Shown here: positions 38,937 to 52,356 of the stretch, piece by piece
Position numbering within the stretch: the first letter of the stretch is position 1
Layout: every line of letters starts with the position of its first letter
From: Botryllus schlosseri
Lineage: Eukaryota
Assembly (NCBI GenBank): GCA_051294905.1
Contig: CM119371.1
Location: forward strand, 16,928,001 to 16,992,000
Length of the DNA: 64,000 bases
Direction of reading: 5' to 3'
Notes under the pieces: generated by a model
What the model saw: only the letters and a program-made list of their open reading frames with translations
Told to the model about the DNA's origin: nothing
The model's database searches: none
Position numbers and translations under genes: made by a program

Positions 38937-40821
38937 GGGATACTGTTATTTACATTCGATCTCACATTGACCATGAAAGAATAGATCTACATTGGACGAA
39001 TCACGAATCAAATTCTGTTATTTTCATTGAAAACAGTAATTCGGAAGTCAGCGACTTGACTGGATTTCCCTTTTGTCACCACAAATATCATCACAAAGAG
39101 TATTGTAAATAAATAAGGATTTGCAACTGTGTTGATCACATCATGAGGATTATAACTGTCGAAATGCGAGCGGCCGAAAACGTTGGTCGCTGGGCCGCTT
39201 GTCGCTGTATTTGTGAAATTATATCGACTGACAGATAAGAAAAACAATAATCCGTATATTTGACTTCAATTGCAATATATATGGTCGTCCACTTCATCGT
39301 ACACTTCTTCTGATGATTCGCTACCTGCAGGTTTAAAATATAACTTTTAGTCAGAACCATATTGATTTGGGATGATTTCGGTAAATATATTTTCAAGAAT
39401 TTCACAATTTCCAACTGAATCACAGCACAGCCGCCAAATTTCCAGTATAGTCAGAAATTATTTTAATTATTTTTGCTACTGCAGAGATAATTTCAAATAT
39501 ATTATATGTGTGTTGACTCATCATGTTTATTTATAAGCATGGCCGCCGAAAAGTATTTTACTCGACCAAATTTGCATTTTGATTGGATACTAAACTATTT
39601 CATCTCAGGTTGCGTCGTGTTCTATAACACTCAATCACATTCCAGCTTGGAATGATGAATAGTGTCATGTTTGCAAACATTTAGACTGTAAATGGCTATT
39701 TCAATCGTTTCTCTGTTTTTTTTTCTAATCGGTGAACCAAGTGCAAAAACCTGCGGATGTGTTTTTACGTAATCGCGATCTGAGACATGACCAAATAAAT
39801 ATTTGTTTACTCTCAAAATGCCATATCGTTTATGAATTCCACATATCATAGAAACGGCATCATCTCGATTCCATCACGGATTAATGGGAGGCAATGCCAC
39901 CGATTCACTGTAACACCTTTTTCGGTTATGAAAGCTATAACCAAACGTTGATCTCGAAAACTTTCCCTACGTATTACAAACGACCAAAATGAAGTTGTCA
40001 CAGCTACATGTATTACTTTGCTCAAATTACAATTGAATAGTATATTCACATTGAAACGAACACATATATTTTCGGCTCACACTCGCCAGGGGTAATCGTC
40101 AGCAACTAGTGGAAAATTGGAAAGAACATTGTATATGAACAATCGTATCAGAAAATATGACGTCAACGTCATGGAATTTCGAAAAATCGGGGCGGAGAGA
40201 GCGCTTAAGCTCAATTTACTATTTTAGATGGTACATGAACTCCTTCTGAAGGCACATGCTTGGTTGGCAAATTTTGATAGAAGTGGACTCCAAGGCACAC
40301 AAATGAACGAGTGATTCATATATGTGCGTTACCCCCCCCCCCCCATGAATCACGTAGTGAAGAAGTGGTTTGACATCTCAAGAACCGAATTCGCAGAACT
40401 GAACAAAATGCATATGGCTACTTTTCGCTACATTGAATTGCTATCCGTATATTCTGTAGGCTAAAATCCGTGTATCATGCCCAACAGTAAATCAATAAAT
40501 ATCCTTTGTTTGCATTTACTTCGTCAACTTCACGTAATTAGGTCGCGTTTGCGAACATAAAAAATCAAATTCTAATCGACGTGTTCCAAAAACCGGTGTA
40601 GTTCGTCGTGAATTATTCCGCACAGTTTGAGAAAACGCGCTATTTCGTGCCTTACCAAGTTACCCTCGAAAGCCGACTTGCGGCCTTTCGTGCATAAGCG
40701 AGATGGTAAATTACAATGTGTGATATTTGCAGTGACTATTAGGGCCTACCTGTACTTTTGTTTGTTTAGGACGATTTATCGCTTGAGAGCATATACTTAC
40801 GTCGTTGTATGATGATAACAC

Positions 40822-41754
40822 CAGTGTTGGGATGACACGAGTCATGACTTGACTCGAGTCAGACTTGAGCAAACTTTTTTGCATGACTTGACTTGAATCG
40901 AGTCACTTTGCAAAAATGATTGACTTGACTTGACTCGGCGCTTCAGAAATGTGGATTGACTCAATTTCAAGTCATCTAGTAAACGGTGTCGATTAAATCG
41001 CTGCATCTTGTTTATTTCCGGATTGTTCGCGATACGCCGGTGTGACTTGTGAGAGCAATCAGTCATTCACTGATTTTACTTTTCACTTATCCTCCATTGC
41101 TACATCACAAATAAATTGACCGAAAACGAAATGATCACAGCTTACGTTTATGTACTAGCTGTAGAATAATTTAATAGCAACGTATCTCTGTGTGTTAGAC
41201 GGCTCAGTGCTTACATCGCGAAGTGCCTACCTTAGCCAATCCTCCGTATGATTTGAGTCGAACGAATATAGTTTATGCGTTTATAATCTCAAGGATGTGT
41301 GGATGGGTAGTGTAATGTACCATTTCAATTTGTTTCAACTTCTTGGCGCTTCGTATTCGATCCTCTATTTTGGCTCACGTATTTTATCAGCAGCCCGAAG
41401 CGTGTGTGAGAGATACAACGCCTTTTTGCACGTAATACTCGGTAATTGATTCAAGATATATCAATAATCAATCTGTCATTCACACAGCTAGCAAAATGTA
41501 ATGACTTTGAATCATCACTCATACTTCGAAAATTCAATTTGACTTGAATTGCTACTTGACTCGTGACATGACTTGACTTGACTTGACTTGACTTGACTCG
41601 ACTTGACTCGAGTCACCTCCAAAAAACGAGTGACTTGACTTGACTCGAGTCGAGTCAACTTCGAAAATCGATTGACTTGACTTGACTCAAGTCAAAATGT
41701 GGAATGACTCGAGATGATTCGAGACTCGAAGGTAGTGACTTGATCCCAACACCG
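40822..41754 (+). mobile_element. CAGTGTTGGGAT-family MITE, copy 3
   Basis: Same termini (right end ...CCCAACACCG); TSD GATAACAC and GATGACAC, 7/8. Confidence 0.93.
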
Positions 41755-42111
41755 GATGACACCGGCCCATGGAGGTTAGCTACTATGGTTTGTGAAAGCA
41801 AATCTATTATATTATCATTTATACAGGTGTTACCAACTATTTGGATGGACTGTACTATAAATTATAAAATGCCTGACTTAAACCTAAATGCTCACCGTAT
41901 GTACGTTGAAATTCTCTCGGTGTGGGATATGTGGAAGATGGCGAATGCATATCTTCGTACAGGTCTTCTGATACTTTACAATGAAAATTGTAAATACCAT
42001 TATATTCTAAGCAGGTAGAATAGATTCAGCCAGAACGATGTTGATATTTTATTTCTAAAATCTATGCACAATGTTTGCGAATCTTGCTAGAAGGAGTGTA
42101 GTTTCTGGAGT

Positions 42112-42773
42112 CGTTTTGTTAATTCGTAGATTTTATAAGCAATTTTTTTCAGTTCAATACACCATGAAAATTGCGATATACATTGAAAAGATAGGAAGAT
42201 GCGGAAACGACTTGGAGTAGTCGTTGAAATCAGACACCCACCATCCCCTAGGGCCGATGTAATGAGGAGGCATACATACTGAATGAAAAGTAAAAGAAGA
42301 TAATATAGAAAAGCAAACGATTAAAATGAGGTAGCATATCACCGATGGCAAGCTCTATATGTCCGGTCGTGGTCCGGTAATCTTGAGGACGGACTATAGT
42401 ATTCATTTACTAGAAATTGCTTGTATTTCGACTTGAATGTGTACAATGTTCGTTGACTGTCGGATAGCCGGCAATATACTGTTCCACGCGTCAGATCCGG
42501 CACATTTTATAGAGCGATGGTTTTTCCGGTCGATCATATGATGTTTGGACGACGTGGACGCGCGTGTGTTGTAGGTTGCGCTTTTGATTTCGATGTAAAG
42601 AAGTGATCGAAATATTCGGGCAATGACCGAAGTGGAACTGATACAATGAGTTGACGATTTCTAGTTTTCCGCATATCATTTATGTTTAGGACACCAAATC
42701 TCTTCAGCAGCGACTTGTAGGATGGACAACCAGGCCCCTTCGTGGCCCAGCCGCGATACCGAGTACCTTATGT
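42112..42773 (-). mobile_element. 5'-truncated CR1/L2-like LINE fragment (ORF2 C-terminus plus 3' UTR)
   Basis: 15-bp direct repeat TGTAGTTTCTGGAGT at 42097-42111 and 42774-42788; minus-strand frameshifted remnant LLKRFGVLNINDMRK..LYQFHFG..LPEYFDHFF..WNSILPAIRQST..FKSKYKQFLVNEY resembles CR1-group ORF2 tails. Confidence 0.75.
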
Positions 42774-43292
42774 TGTAGTTTCTGGAGTAGCTCAAGAGCA
42801 GTTTTACTGGCAGACCCCAACAGAGGACGCCATATTGTAACTTCGATTGGATTAAGGTAAGGATTTAAAGAGTATCAGAAGAACCCAGGTAACAATACAG
42901 CATTAAGGCTGTAGAACAGGGCATTGACCATTAAACAGGGTATGAAAATTCAGGTTTTAGTCAAGCACTCTTCGGCGACATTCTCGCCTTTGTGTCGACT
43001 TCTTTCACGTTGTATGCTATATGCTGCATGCTACCAGAGACAGTGGTCTTATGGGGAACAAATGCTTTCAACATGTTAACTTTCTAACTATGTGCATTGC
43101 CGGGGATTACGGGGTTTACTTTCAGAATTGTCTTTTCTCCAGTTGATTGGCCTAATGGCCGTTTCAGAGAATTAGTTCGTCACCGTGGAGAACGGCAGAT
43201 TCACGTTTAATCCAATACGGAAAAACATACGAAATCTCCAAGTTCTATGAATATCATTGCCAAAGCGCATTTCATACACAATATATTCTTAC

Positions 43293-43358
43293 CGCTGCTC
43301 CGTGGGGATTCTGTTGGAAGAGATGGAAGAGGACGACGGCGGTTTTTGTAATTGAGCC
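43293..43358 (-). other. Candidate small phase-1 exon (Pro/Arg-rich)
   Basis: AAACAG acceptor, G|GTAAGA donor, 66 nt, reads LNYKNRRRPLPSLPTESPRSS. Confidence 0.45.
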
Positions 43359-43713
43359 CTGTTTAATACGGATATGGATATTTATGGTATTTTATATATT
43401 AAACATATCCGCAAGACTTCTTATTTACAAACAGCATCGCGAATACCATGCGCAATGTAATCGATGCATTGATTACACATTATTATCGGAAATCAATTAG
43501 TTATCAAATCTATTATGATGCCGCAGAGTTCCGGTAAACTCGAACACGACTTTTGGGTTGAGAGAAGCTACTCCACTATCAAATAACTTCTCAGCTAATA
43601 TATAAATTTCAAGTTCTGGAATATCAATGTTATTAGGCCATCACATCAAAATTATCCAACAACACAGCAAGTTTAAGTTTAAGTAATAGTCCTGCTATAA
43701 GCTGTATTCTTAC

Positions 43714-43785
43714 CGCTACGCCGCTGAACTCTTCTTGGACGGGTTGGGCGAGATGGCGGAAGGTATGAGGTTTCGATATATTGTT
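43714..43785 (-). other. Candidate small phase-1 exon (Pro/Arg-rich)
   Basis: TTCCAG acceptor, G|GTAAGA donor, 72 nt, reads QYIETSYLPPSRPTRPRRVQRRS. Confidence 0.45.
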
Positions 43786-44717
43786 CTGGAATATCAGGAA
43801 ATATATGTTTTGTCAATGTTGAACACATATAAACTGTATAAGTGTATTATATCCCTGTTCAAATGACAGAATGGATGACAGAATTTTCATAAAGAACCGT
43901 TATGCCCGATGCCATTAATTTGAATTGATTCGCGCATTTATGGGATAGTCGTAGCCCTAGTGTTCGATTTCGCTTTCAGCATTAACAGTATATTCTTTAT
44001 TCAAAGTAAACTGGTAAATAAACACATACCACTGGAAGCAACCTGCCCTGGTTCATGCTCTAGCTCATGCTCCACCCTAAGACGTTCATCCGACTAATAC
44101 CAAATCAAGATTATCTGTAGACGCTTGGGACAGTTAAGGTGGGCAGGAAGCGATGACACGGAATATATAATCTGCAGGACTCCAAGAGTAGGCCTACAAT
44201 GCAATATTCATTTAGCTGCTAACTATACGGCGGCTTTCTGATTAAAATGGCTGTTACCAACATCTTTTCCCAAATTTATCCTTATTCTAAGAACACATCT
44301 TATCTTTTAGAGCACAGTGCTCCTTTAAATTCTCGTTTCGCTGTGGAGGCTGGTATTTGTTACAGGCTGATAGATTTGATTTTGTTCTATAAATGCACTT
44401 ATAGACAAAACTTACTTTTACGGCTACACCTAGATGTAATTATATAGGAAAAGGGTATATTTTCGCACCATTCTCGTAAACTCTCGTTGTGGTCGCGGTC
44501 ATCTGAAGTGATCCGGAAAGTGCTCGGATTGAGTCTGATTTGACATTCCCTTTTACAACTACGAGTTGCTTCTGAAAAGGGCGCGTTGCAGGAAACCATT
44601 AGTTCCCATTTCAACGTAGAAGAGCGCAAAGTTCAGATAGCCGATATCAACAATGTAAATAATACTACTATAGCATATAAAATAATTCGGTTCACAATGC
44701 AACAATGTTAAGCTCAC

Positions 44718-44855
44718 CTTTTCATTACCGGGATTGTCCACGATCATAAGTTTAGCATCTTCGGCTACAATAGTCTTGGGTTCTACAATCGGTGATATCT
44801 CGCTAATAATCTGGAGGACATAATCCAGCGTATGCTTGGTTTTTATGGAAGAAAC
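44718..44855 (-). CDS. Host gene exon (46 codons)
   Basis: GACAG|GTT...AAG|GTGAGC; VSSIKTKHTLDYVLQIISEISPIVEPKTIVAEDAKLMIVDNPGNEK. Confidence 0.6.
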
Positions 44856-44981
44856 CTGTCAGGCATTTGGGATTTCAATATTCCTCTATCATATTTCACG
44901 TAAAAACTCTGGTAATAAAGCAGTATTCTGTTGGCTACATGTCACGAAGTTAACCAATTATCGAACTATAGATTGTAATAC

Positions 44982-45152
44982 CTTGAAATGATTGTTGCTG
45001 ATAACATTCATCGTCTTTGTCCAATGTCTAAGAGCCTCTTCCGGTTCGTTGATTAACAAGCAGTTAGCCTCCAACCCAACTCCGGAATTTAGAACTTTTG
45101 CTATCAATGGATGGTTCTCCAGCGCCAGAATATCAAGCGCCACATTGCTGAC
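44982..45152 (-). CDS. Host gene exon (57 codons)
   Basis: TTGCAG|GTC...AAG|GTATT; VSNVALDILALENHPLIAKVLNSGVGLEANCLLINEPEEALRHWTKTMNVISNNHFK. Confidence 0.6.
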
Positions 45153-45438
45153 CTGCAACGAGATGAGAATTGAATATTGAATTTTATTACATCCACATTG
45201 GCTATTCGAAGCATCTTCATCGTAGCTTGAATGATGCCTGATGGTCCCGCTGCTTATTCTTGCGTATGAAACCCGCGTAGGCTGCTAGGCTAAACTGATG
45301 GCGTTGAAAGTAGGCCCATACCATTCGTATATTTCCTCGGCATTTGAAAATAGTTCGCTACAGCGGATCATTTGCTTTCATAAACTTCCCGATTTTAGCA
45401 ATGCCTCGCAAACATATTGGTCTGGGTAGCCGATGAAG

Positions 45439-45896
45439 CAGTGGTGGCTTTTGGGGTGGGCGAGGTGGGCGGTCGCCCGGGGCCCCCTGGTCGAATCCCC
45501 CCCCCCCCCTATTTGGATGATGCGCTTTTTTAAAGGATTATAACGAAAGAACATGGAAATCCGTGCACCAAGCAAGAATATAATTCCGTACAGATGTGTC
45601 AATCATCATGAAATTTCTGCATTTGTTAGGAAAGTTCCGTATCCCGATAATTATCACGTCTGTGCATGTGGTAGAATTGATTAGTTTTGATGTATTCTAT
45701 CCTTTCACACATGCAATAATCGACATGGCCGAGTCCAGCACCTGCCCGAACCTCACCGCGGTTAAAGAGAGATAATATTAGGAGATGCGAAAGGGGGGTC
45801 TGGGGGGCGGAGGCCCTCAGCAGTTACGGTTAGATGCTTATAGGGGCCCCCGGTAAGTCTCGCCCAGCCCCCCCCCCGTTCGTAGGGCCACCACTG
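45439..45896. mobile_element. hAT-type MITE with GGGCCCC subterminal motifs
   Basis: TIRs CAGTGGTGGC / GCCACCACTG; TSD CGATGAAG and CGAAGAAG, 7/8. Confidence 0.85.
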
Positions 45897-46218
45897 CGAA
45901 GAAGTATATTGTCCCTACATTATGACTAAGCACTCTCAAGCTATACCTGCGACAAGTAGTTCGAGTCATCATTTCCCGTCATTAGATCGGTTGCGATTGT
46001 TTCAATATCTTCTCGTGTCCCATGAACAGCCAATGCCTCTATTCGAAGATCCTGCATTCGTTATTGCGCATTTGTTGTTGTTACAGATGTGGAGTAACAT
46101 AGGAATTCAGTCCACAAGGATTGGTAACTCAGCTAATAGATTCGGAGGATTACTACAATGCTGTTTCGGCGATATAAATAACCTCATTTACGGCTATGTT
46201 TATTATTCTAATTGTAAT

Positions 46219-47026
46219 CATTGTTGAGTCGACTCGACTCATTAATTGACTCGATTCAGACTAGAGTCAACTTTTTCAGATGACTTGACTTGACTTCACT
46301 CGGCATTTCAAAAATGTGGATTTACCCGTGACTCGAAGCAAAATTTTCGAGTCAATTTCGAGTCATTAAGTAATCGGTGTCGACTAAGCCACAAGATGAT
46401 ATGACCTGTGTTGGCAACCAGTCACTCAAAGATTGCGCAGCAGGTATTACAGAGCTGCCTGCGGTATGTCAAAAATAAATTGACCGTAAACGAAGTGATT
46501 AGAACTTACCTTGTCGTAGACTAGTAATCTATCGATAGCAGTGTAATTATGTTCCATAGACTGCTAAGTGCTCACTTCAACGTACGTATAGTATATTTTA
46601 AATCGAGGGTATATAGTTTTTCATTTATATTACTTGTCAACAATATGTGAAGTCTTAAATTGTATCGCATGGAAGTTTAGGTGACTATTCTAACATCTAT
46701 TTGGTTGGCAGTTACGTATACGTACCTACGTATATGTGAGCAATTCAACGTCTCGCTGAAGACATAATTAAGTCGATGTTCGATGATTCTTGATTCAGAA
46801 TTAACAGCGACTCAATCTGTACTTCAATCATCTTGCCAAAAGCAATCACTAGAATCATGCCTCGTGCTTCGAGAACCCGACATGCCTTTGTGATTTGACT
46901 GGTGACTTGACTCAAATTGACTTCCAGTCACTTAAAAAATCATGTGACGTGACTTGACTCGAGACAAAATATGCAATAACTCGTTATGGGTTGTGACTCG
47001 AAGTTAGTGTCTTGATCGCAACACTG
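46219..47026 (+). mobile_element. CAGTGTTGGGAT-family MITE, copy 4 (most diverged)
   Basis: Degenerate termini CATTGTTGAG / ATCGCAACACTG; shared internal AAATAAATTGACCG.AAACGAA block; flanks ATTGTAAT and ATTTAAAT. Confidence 0.85.
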
Positions 47027-49706
47027 ATTTAAATTTAAAAAAACGGAAATGGTAATTACAATTATGTCAGTCCCTTCATTAGCTGACCTTGTATCGCAGT
47101 GTGATATCATGGAGCGCGTCGATTTGTTCTGTTGTTTTCTTCCTTATTGCAGCCAGAGTCGCGTCCTGGAACACACATGAATATTTCAGGCGAAATACTT
47201 GTTCGGAGTTTATTCTTGTGGAAATGGATGTTGAATACCCGCATATAAAGTTTCTCCCGTGGATTCACATTTATGGTTTCCATGAATATCGAAAAGGATT
47301 GTCACCACCTCGTTCTACATTAGCAGGAATTATTCATCACATGATAGGGTAGCCTACTATTTCATTTGATTCGATGAGTGGGAAGAGCATCCCCGCCAAA
47401 GCTTTTACATATTTTCTCATAGTTTTTCCACAAAAAATATGTCAATTTGAGTTATATTAATTACTCGTACGCTTCTGCTACTGTTGAAAATTAAGTAGGC
47501 TACAGAACGGAATCGGTGCAATGACTGCATAACAATGTTTTCAATTCTATATGCTGATCAGATTCCTTTGAATATTCAATTTTGTGAAATCAACGCGAAT
47601 GGTGCTGAGTTCATACTTTATTCCTAACAACGGAACATTTTTACCAGGAAAGTTTTGCGAAGTTCCGATAATTACCTCACTTTTAGGTTGGCTTAGCTAA
47701 AACCTACAGTGACTCTCCATCCAGCCCCGATTAATTAAGATAAATCATTATTCATGCGTACTTAACCGGACTATCGCAATCAACGTTAGTATGGTGCGAT
47801 ATAGCACAAACCAGAGCAGTTTGGGCTTAAGTTACATCCAGTGATCATTAATTCAAGGTAAATGTTGAATATAAAAAGTTTTACACAATTAGCGGCAGAG
47901 ACTAAGATCAATAGATGTACAATGTACTGTAAATCTGCATATATAGGGGTGAAAGTTTCATGTATCTAGCGTGGGACTATACTTGTCGAGTCGATGATAC
48001 CTCAGTGGTTCCTACACCGGTATAAAATATACATAGAATCGGCCGTTATTAGGGAATAAGTATTCCGCAAATTTTGTCACGCCAGTGGTATGCTGATACT
48101 ACTGGTCAATATAGTAGTGTCTTGAATTCCCATGTGAATTCACTAGCCCTATCATAAGACCGCCACAATTTTTTATAGCTTCGACTCATTCTTGGCTGCG
48201 TCTTTATTAGGATTATATTGAAATGTTTCTTTATCATGTATGCAGTGTGAATCAGTGCATACTATGCACTGATTCAACCATTGTACTATATGTGTTGGAG
48301 GTGTATCTGGACTCGTCACCTCAGATCCCGCTGCAAATGTAGCTTCTCGAAACCGCGCAGACAGAGTACAGGATTGGACATTGGCTATAACAACCCAGCT
48401 GGTAAACTAAATGAAATATTCCACCTAAAATAGCCAAACATGACATTACAGTTCGATATAGCTGGAAAATGTCGTCTTGGCTGTATTTCTTGTCATTGTA
48501 GCTCCAATAATGAAGTTGTCCTGCTAATTTCGTACTGCTATATGTAGCCTAAGTCATATTTTTAGGAGAGAATATTGTAAATCTCACTTACCATCAATAC
48601 TTTGTGCATATATTCGTCCGTCATTCCGCTAAGCTTTTCACGAACGTCATCCCGGCTAGCTTCGATTTGACATTGCTCAACTTCAACCACTTTCGGACAA
48701 AATACCGCAAGGGTATCCAAGACGCTTTTCAAAGCTGCCACCGTGATGCAGTCGATCTTGGCGTATAATCCTTCCTGAAATTCCACATCAATAATGCTAT
48801 TCCTCTGACTCCGGAAGGACGGGGACTTGAATCATTATCCTGATTAGTATGAACGACATCACAGTAACCACGATATGATCAAGATAAAACGACTATCCTT
48901 ATAAGAGTGATCCATTTCAAGACGAGCTACTAATCAAACGGCAGGGAGATATATAGAGTTCCTGTCTTTTCATAAGGTATTTTGGCCAAATATTATTTGA
49001 ATGGATGTCATAATAAATGATTAGCATGCAGTGAAAACGTGGTAACTATACTGTGGGTTCAAACACCAGAAGGTTTATTTTTCTGGTGAACATTGACTTT
49101 CATTGATGGTTCACTGCAGTAAAGCAGCAGTAGCCGTGACCATATGCATAAGATACCGCCACTAGGCTACTCTACGCGAATAACATTCGCGATTCCACTC
49201 TTGCGAGTAATCAGCAAGTATAGCCGTGATCAAATGACTCAAAACATTGTTTACAACCGAGATTGCGCGTAATCCTAAGTGGAATTCGGTAAAATGACCA
49301 TGATCTTTGTGGATGCATTGCATAGTTTATTTACTGATTCTGTTAAATTTCATTTATTTCCGCCTATTGGAGTAGTGATTCATTGTAAGTTTTTATTCAT
49401 CGAATCTTACTCAAAGATGTTCCGGCTTCGCGGAAATGTTAGCAGTTCGCAGTTAGATACCAAATTCGTATTCTGAATGCTAAATCTGAATTATCAAGAG
49501 CTGAAATACCGAAATAACAGGATGTGAGGCGAACATACGCATCATGTGTTACTTTCCAGTAGGACTGAGGGGCTCAGAATCTTGGGAAAAGCGGGATACT
49601 TGATGATTTTCTATCTCTAATTACACCTCAACGATTAAAAAGTCTTTCCAAGTCAAGTTTCATCATTTCATGATAGTCAGGACGTGTGCCATCCCGACAC
49701 TGACTA

Positions 49707-50310
49707 CAGGGATGGTGCGAACCAGTGATGAGCGGACAGTGCTTTCGAGACTCCGAATCTCTCCGACAACTTTAGTGTCTGAGGAAAACTCCCTCCGACT
49801 CCGAAGAGTTCAATTCCAGACTCCGAGATACTTCGATGAATCTCGTCAAGTGTCCGAAACAGTGGCAAGCATGGTACACTTGGTAATGTGTTTTACATAA
49901 TTAATGTGATAATAGGGTTGGCCTCATAGTATTGTCTACTCTCCAGTCCCCAATTGCAGTGCAGATGGCTGTTTTGATGCACTTGGCGATATATTACAAC
50001 TTTGCAAGGTGTCAACTGTCTGTGTTTTGGTTTGTAATCATAATCAAGAGTGTATTCTGGTAAGAGCTATCCGAAGATATCGGAGACACGAAGTTACAAT
50101 ACTCCGAAATTATCCGGAAAAATATCTGTAGTAAATTCCGACTCCGCACCGACTGTCGCAAAATCGGCAAAACTCCGCTCCAAATCCACTCCGACTCCGC
50201 TCCGATGATCATCACTAGTGCGAAAGTGAGGCTCACGTTTCGCTTCGGTGTTCGAAACACAGAAATTTGGACGTTAGCGTTCGCAAACAAACCCCGGTAT
50301 GTACTCCATT
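49707..50310 (-). mobile_element. Inverted terminal fragment of the TAGGGATGGTG family, interrupted by 49723-50217
   Basis: After removing the insert it matches the reverse complement of ~58085-58181. Confidence 0.7.
49723..50217. mobile_element. hAT-type MITE with ACTCCG repeats
   Basis: Ends CAGTGATGA / TCATCACTA; TSD GTGCGAAC (49715-49722) and GTGCGAAA (50218-50225). Confidence 0.85.
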
Positions 50311-51987
50311 ACATTGCGTACCTTATATAGGAAATACAATTACCTAAATACTTCAACAATTTGGTTGACATTAACTCCATTTTAACTTCGAACTACTTTA
50401 TGCATGGCGCTGACACGGTAAGGGGTGAAATTATTCAGCACTAAACTAAAATTAACTTTGCCAGTTTCAAATAAATATATTCGTCGTATTAAAAACATTT
50501 GAATGAAATGTCTGACTTTTCCGTTTGTTATATTTTAGACCGTCCACGGTCATTGCTGCTATAGCTTGGCCCGTAATCACACAACATCACGAACACTATG
50601 CGTAGGACGATAGACAGTCATATATTGATAGTGACAAATCATTTACCAATTAAACATAATTGACGAAGAGAGCGTATCGTTGTTTGAAGTAAAAGTTACG
50701 TTTGTTCAATGTGCAATGTGCATGTATAAGCATTCAGATATGTGAGGACTTCAATGTCCTTCGGACTGAGGTATAATGCGCTTTACAATTAGGGTTGCAT
50801 TTCAAACACAAATAAATTTGAAACAAACATGATTAAAACATGTTTTTATTGTTTGTTTTTTTTAACTAATGACGTCACGAATATTCAATATTCAATATAC
50901 GGCGTCAGTACAACCCCTGTAAGGTTCAGTAAATATTGTCCATATGCATGCAGCGTAACTGTGATGTTGGGCTGGTAATCGAACCAAGAGTGATGTACAC
51001 AATTCGTATCGTAACCGTTAGACTTATATCGCCTGCATGCATGGCATTGACAACCGAGACGCGGATGGTCAGGTGGAGCATTAGCACCAATGTGCCCTGC
51101 ACCCTGAGGCAAACGACAGACACGTCATACGCTTATAATTCAACATTAATTATTATTATTATATACTTTGAAAGATTTAGGATTGTACATAACACAATCT
51201 TGATTTCTCGATATAAAATGTATAGTGGCGGCAACGGAAAGCGCAGTGAAGCGGTTGTTATTGAGTGCTTTAAATATAACTTTTTCTTTTCGATATGTAA
51301 ACTATATTACTAAATTCTAATTACTCAATATCCAATTCAAATTTGTTGATTATAGTCACACCCATCCACAATATCACTTTATGATATTTTTTGCAAACAG
51401 GACTTAACTTTGATATCGGATATAAATGTATCTTCCAACTATATTGAAGATCTAGGCCTCAAGGACTTTAAAGATTCAAAAATCCCAATAAATTTTAAGC
51501 CTTACATTGTGTTCGCCAGAACATCTCCCAGTTCTGAATTCGAAATCATCTTGCTGTACACCTTGATATACCATCTCTCCAATATGGCCACTAAGTAGCA
51601 GCTTATCGTAACCTTGGAAGAGTTCAGCGTCAAATATGGCTGGTACTTGCAGCGATGATATCTGGAAAATATTCCATATTCGTTGATAGCTCATGAACTC
51701 AAGCAGGTGGAACTGGGCGCTAGCATTGACAGCGCTACTTCAACATGTTCAAACGACGTGTCCACGGATCTGATCTCAAAATTGCATGTATCTCCCTACT
51801 AGGGATGGTGCGAACCCCTGAAAGGTTCAGGTTCGTGTGAACGCGAACCTTTTTGAAAGGTTCTCTGTGAACGCGAATGTGCTAATTCCAAACCTAAATT
51901 TCAGTGAAGTGATATATTAATCTCGGCTACACGAAACCTAGCGACGTCTTAGGCCTCATTATGCCACAATGGTGAAGTACTCGCTGA

Positions 51988-52047
51988 AGTTTTAAACTTC
52001 ACCAAATGCATCGACTGGAGCAATCAAATGTTATAATAACACCATAA
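51988..52047. repeat. 60-bp perfect direct repeat flanking the copia element (second copy 57040-57099)
   Basis: AGTTTTAAACTTCACCAAATGCATCGACTGGAGCAATCAAATGTTATAATAACACCATAA abuts both outer LTR ends. Confidence 0.97.
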
Positions 52048-52328
52048 TGATGAACGATCTATCTTGACCTGATCCGTCGAGGCTTTAGATATATCTTCAA
52101 TCGAATTAAATTTATTTTACAGAAGCAGATAATCTGTTCTTACAGCAGCAAGTAGCATCCAGCGTAGACAACACAGGCAAATTAACAGCAAGCACTAGCG
52201 AACACACAAACGCATTTATACTCCACGTCTTAACCTAACAATCAAACAATCATTGACCTAATCAAATGAGAGAAACAGAAATACTAAATGAGAGTTCACA
52301 GGTCATAAGTAATTAAAGCTTCGCAACA
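52048..52328 (-). repeat. 3' LTR
   Basis: 281 bp; one mismatch seen versus 56759-57039 (ACTCCAC vs ACACCAC). Confidence 0.97.
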
Positions 52329-52339
52329 CTCCTTCTCTT
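52329..52339 (-). promoter_or_regulatory. Polypurine tract
   Basis: AAGAGAAGGAG on the minus strand immediately before the 3' LTR. Confidence 0.9.
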
Positions 52340-52356
52340 ACGACATGCAGTATCTC

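Noticed and set aside
51030..51162. 3' end of a LINE or SINE ending in (ATT)n
   Set aside because: No TSD, coding remnant or second copy found to support it.
33490..51693. Alternative genetic code or selenocysteine use suggested by in-frame TGAs in exon candidates
   Set aside because: TAA/TAG stops and a frameshift also occur in neighbouring candidates, and the copia pol ends in TGA. Pseudogene decay explains the pattern.
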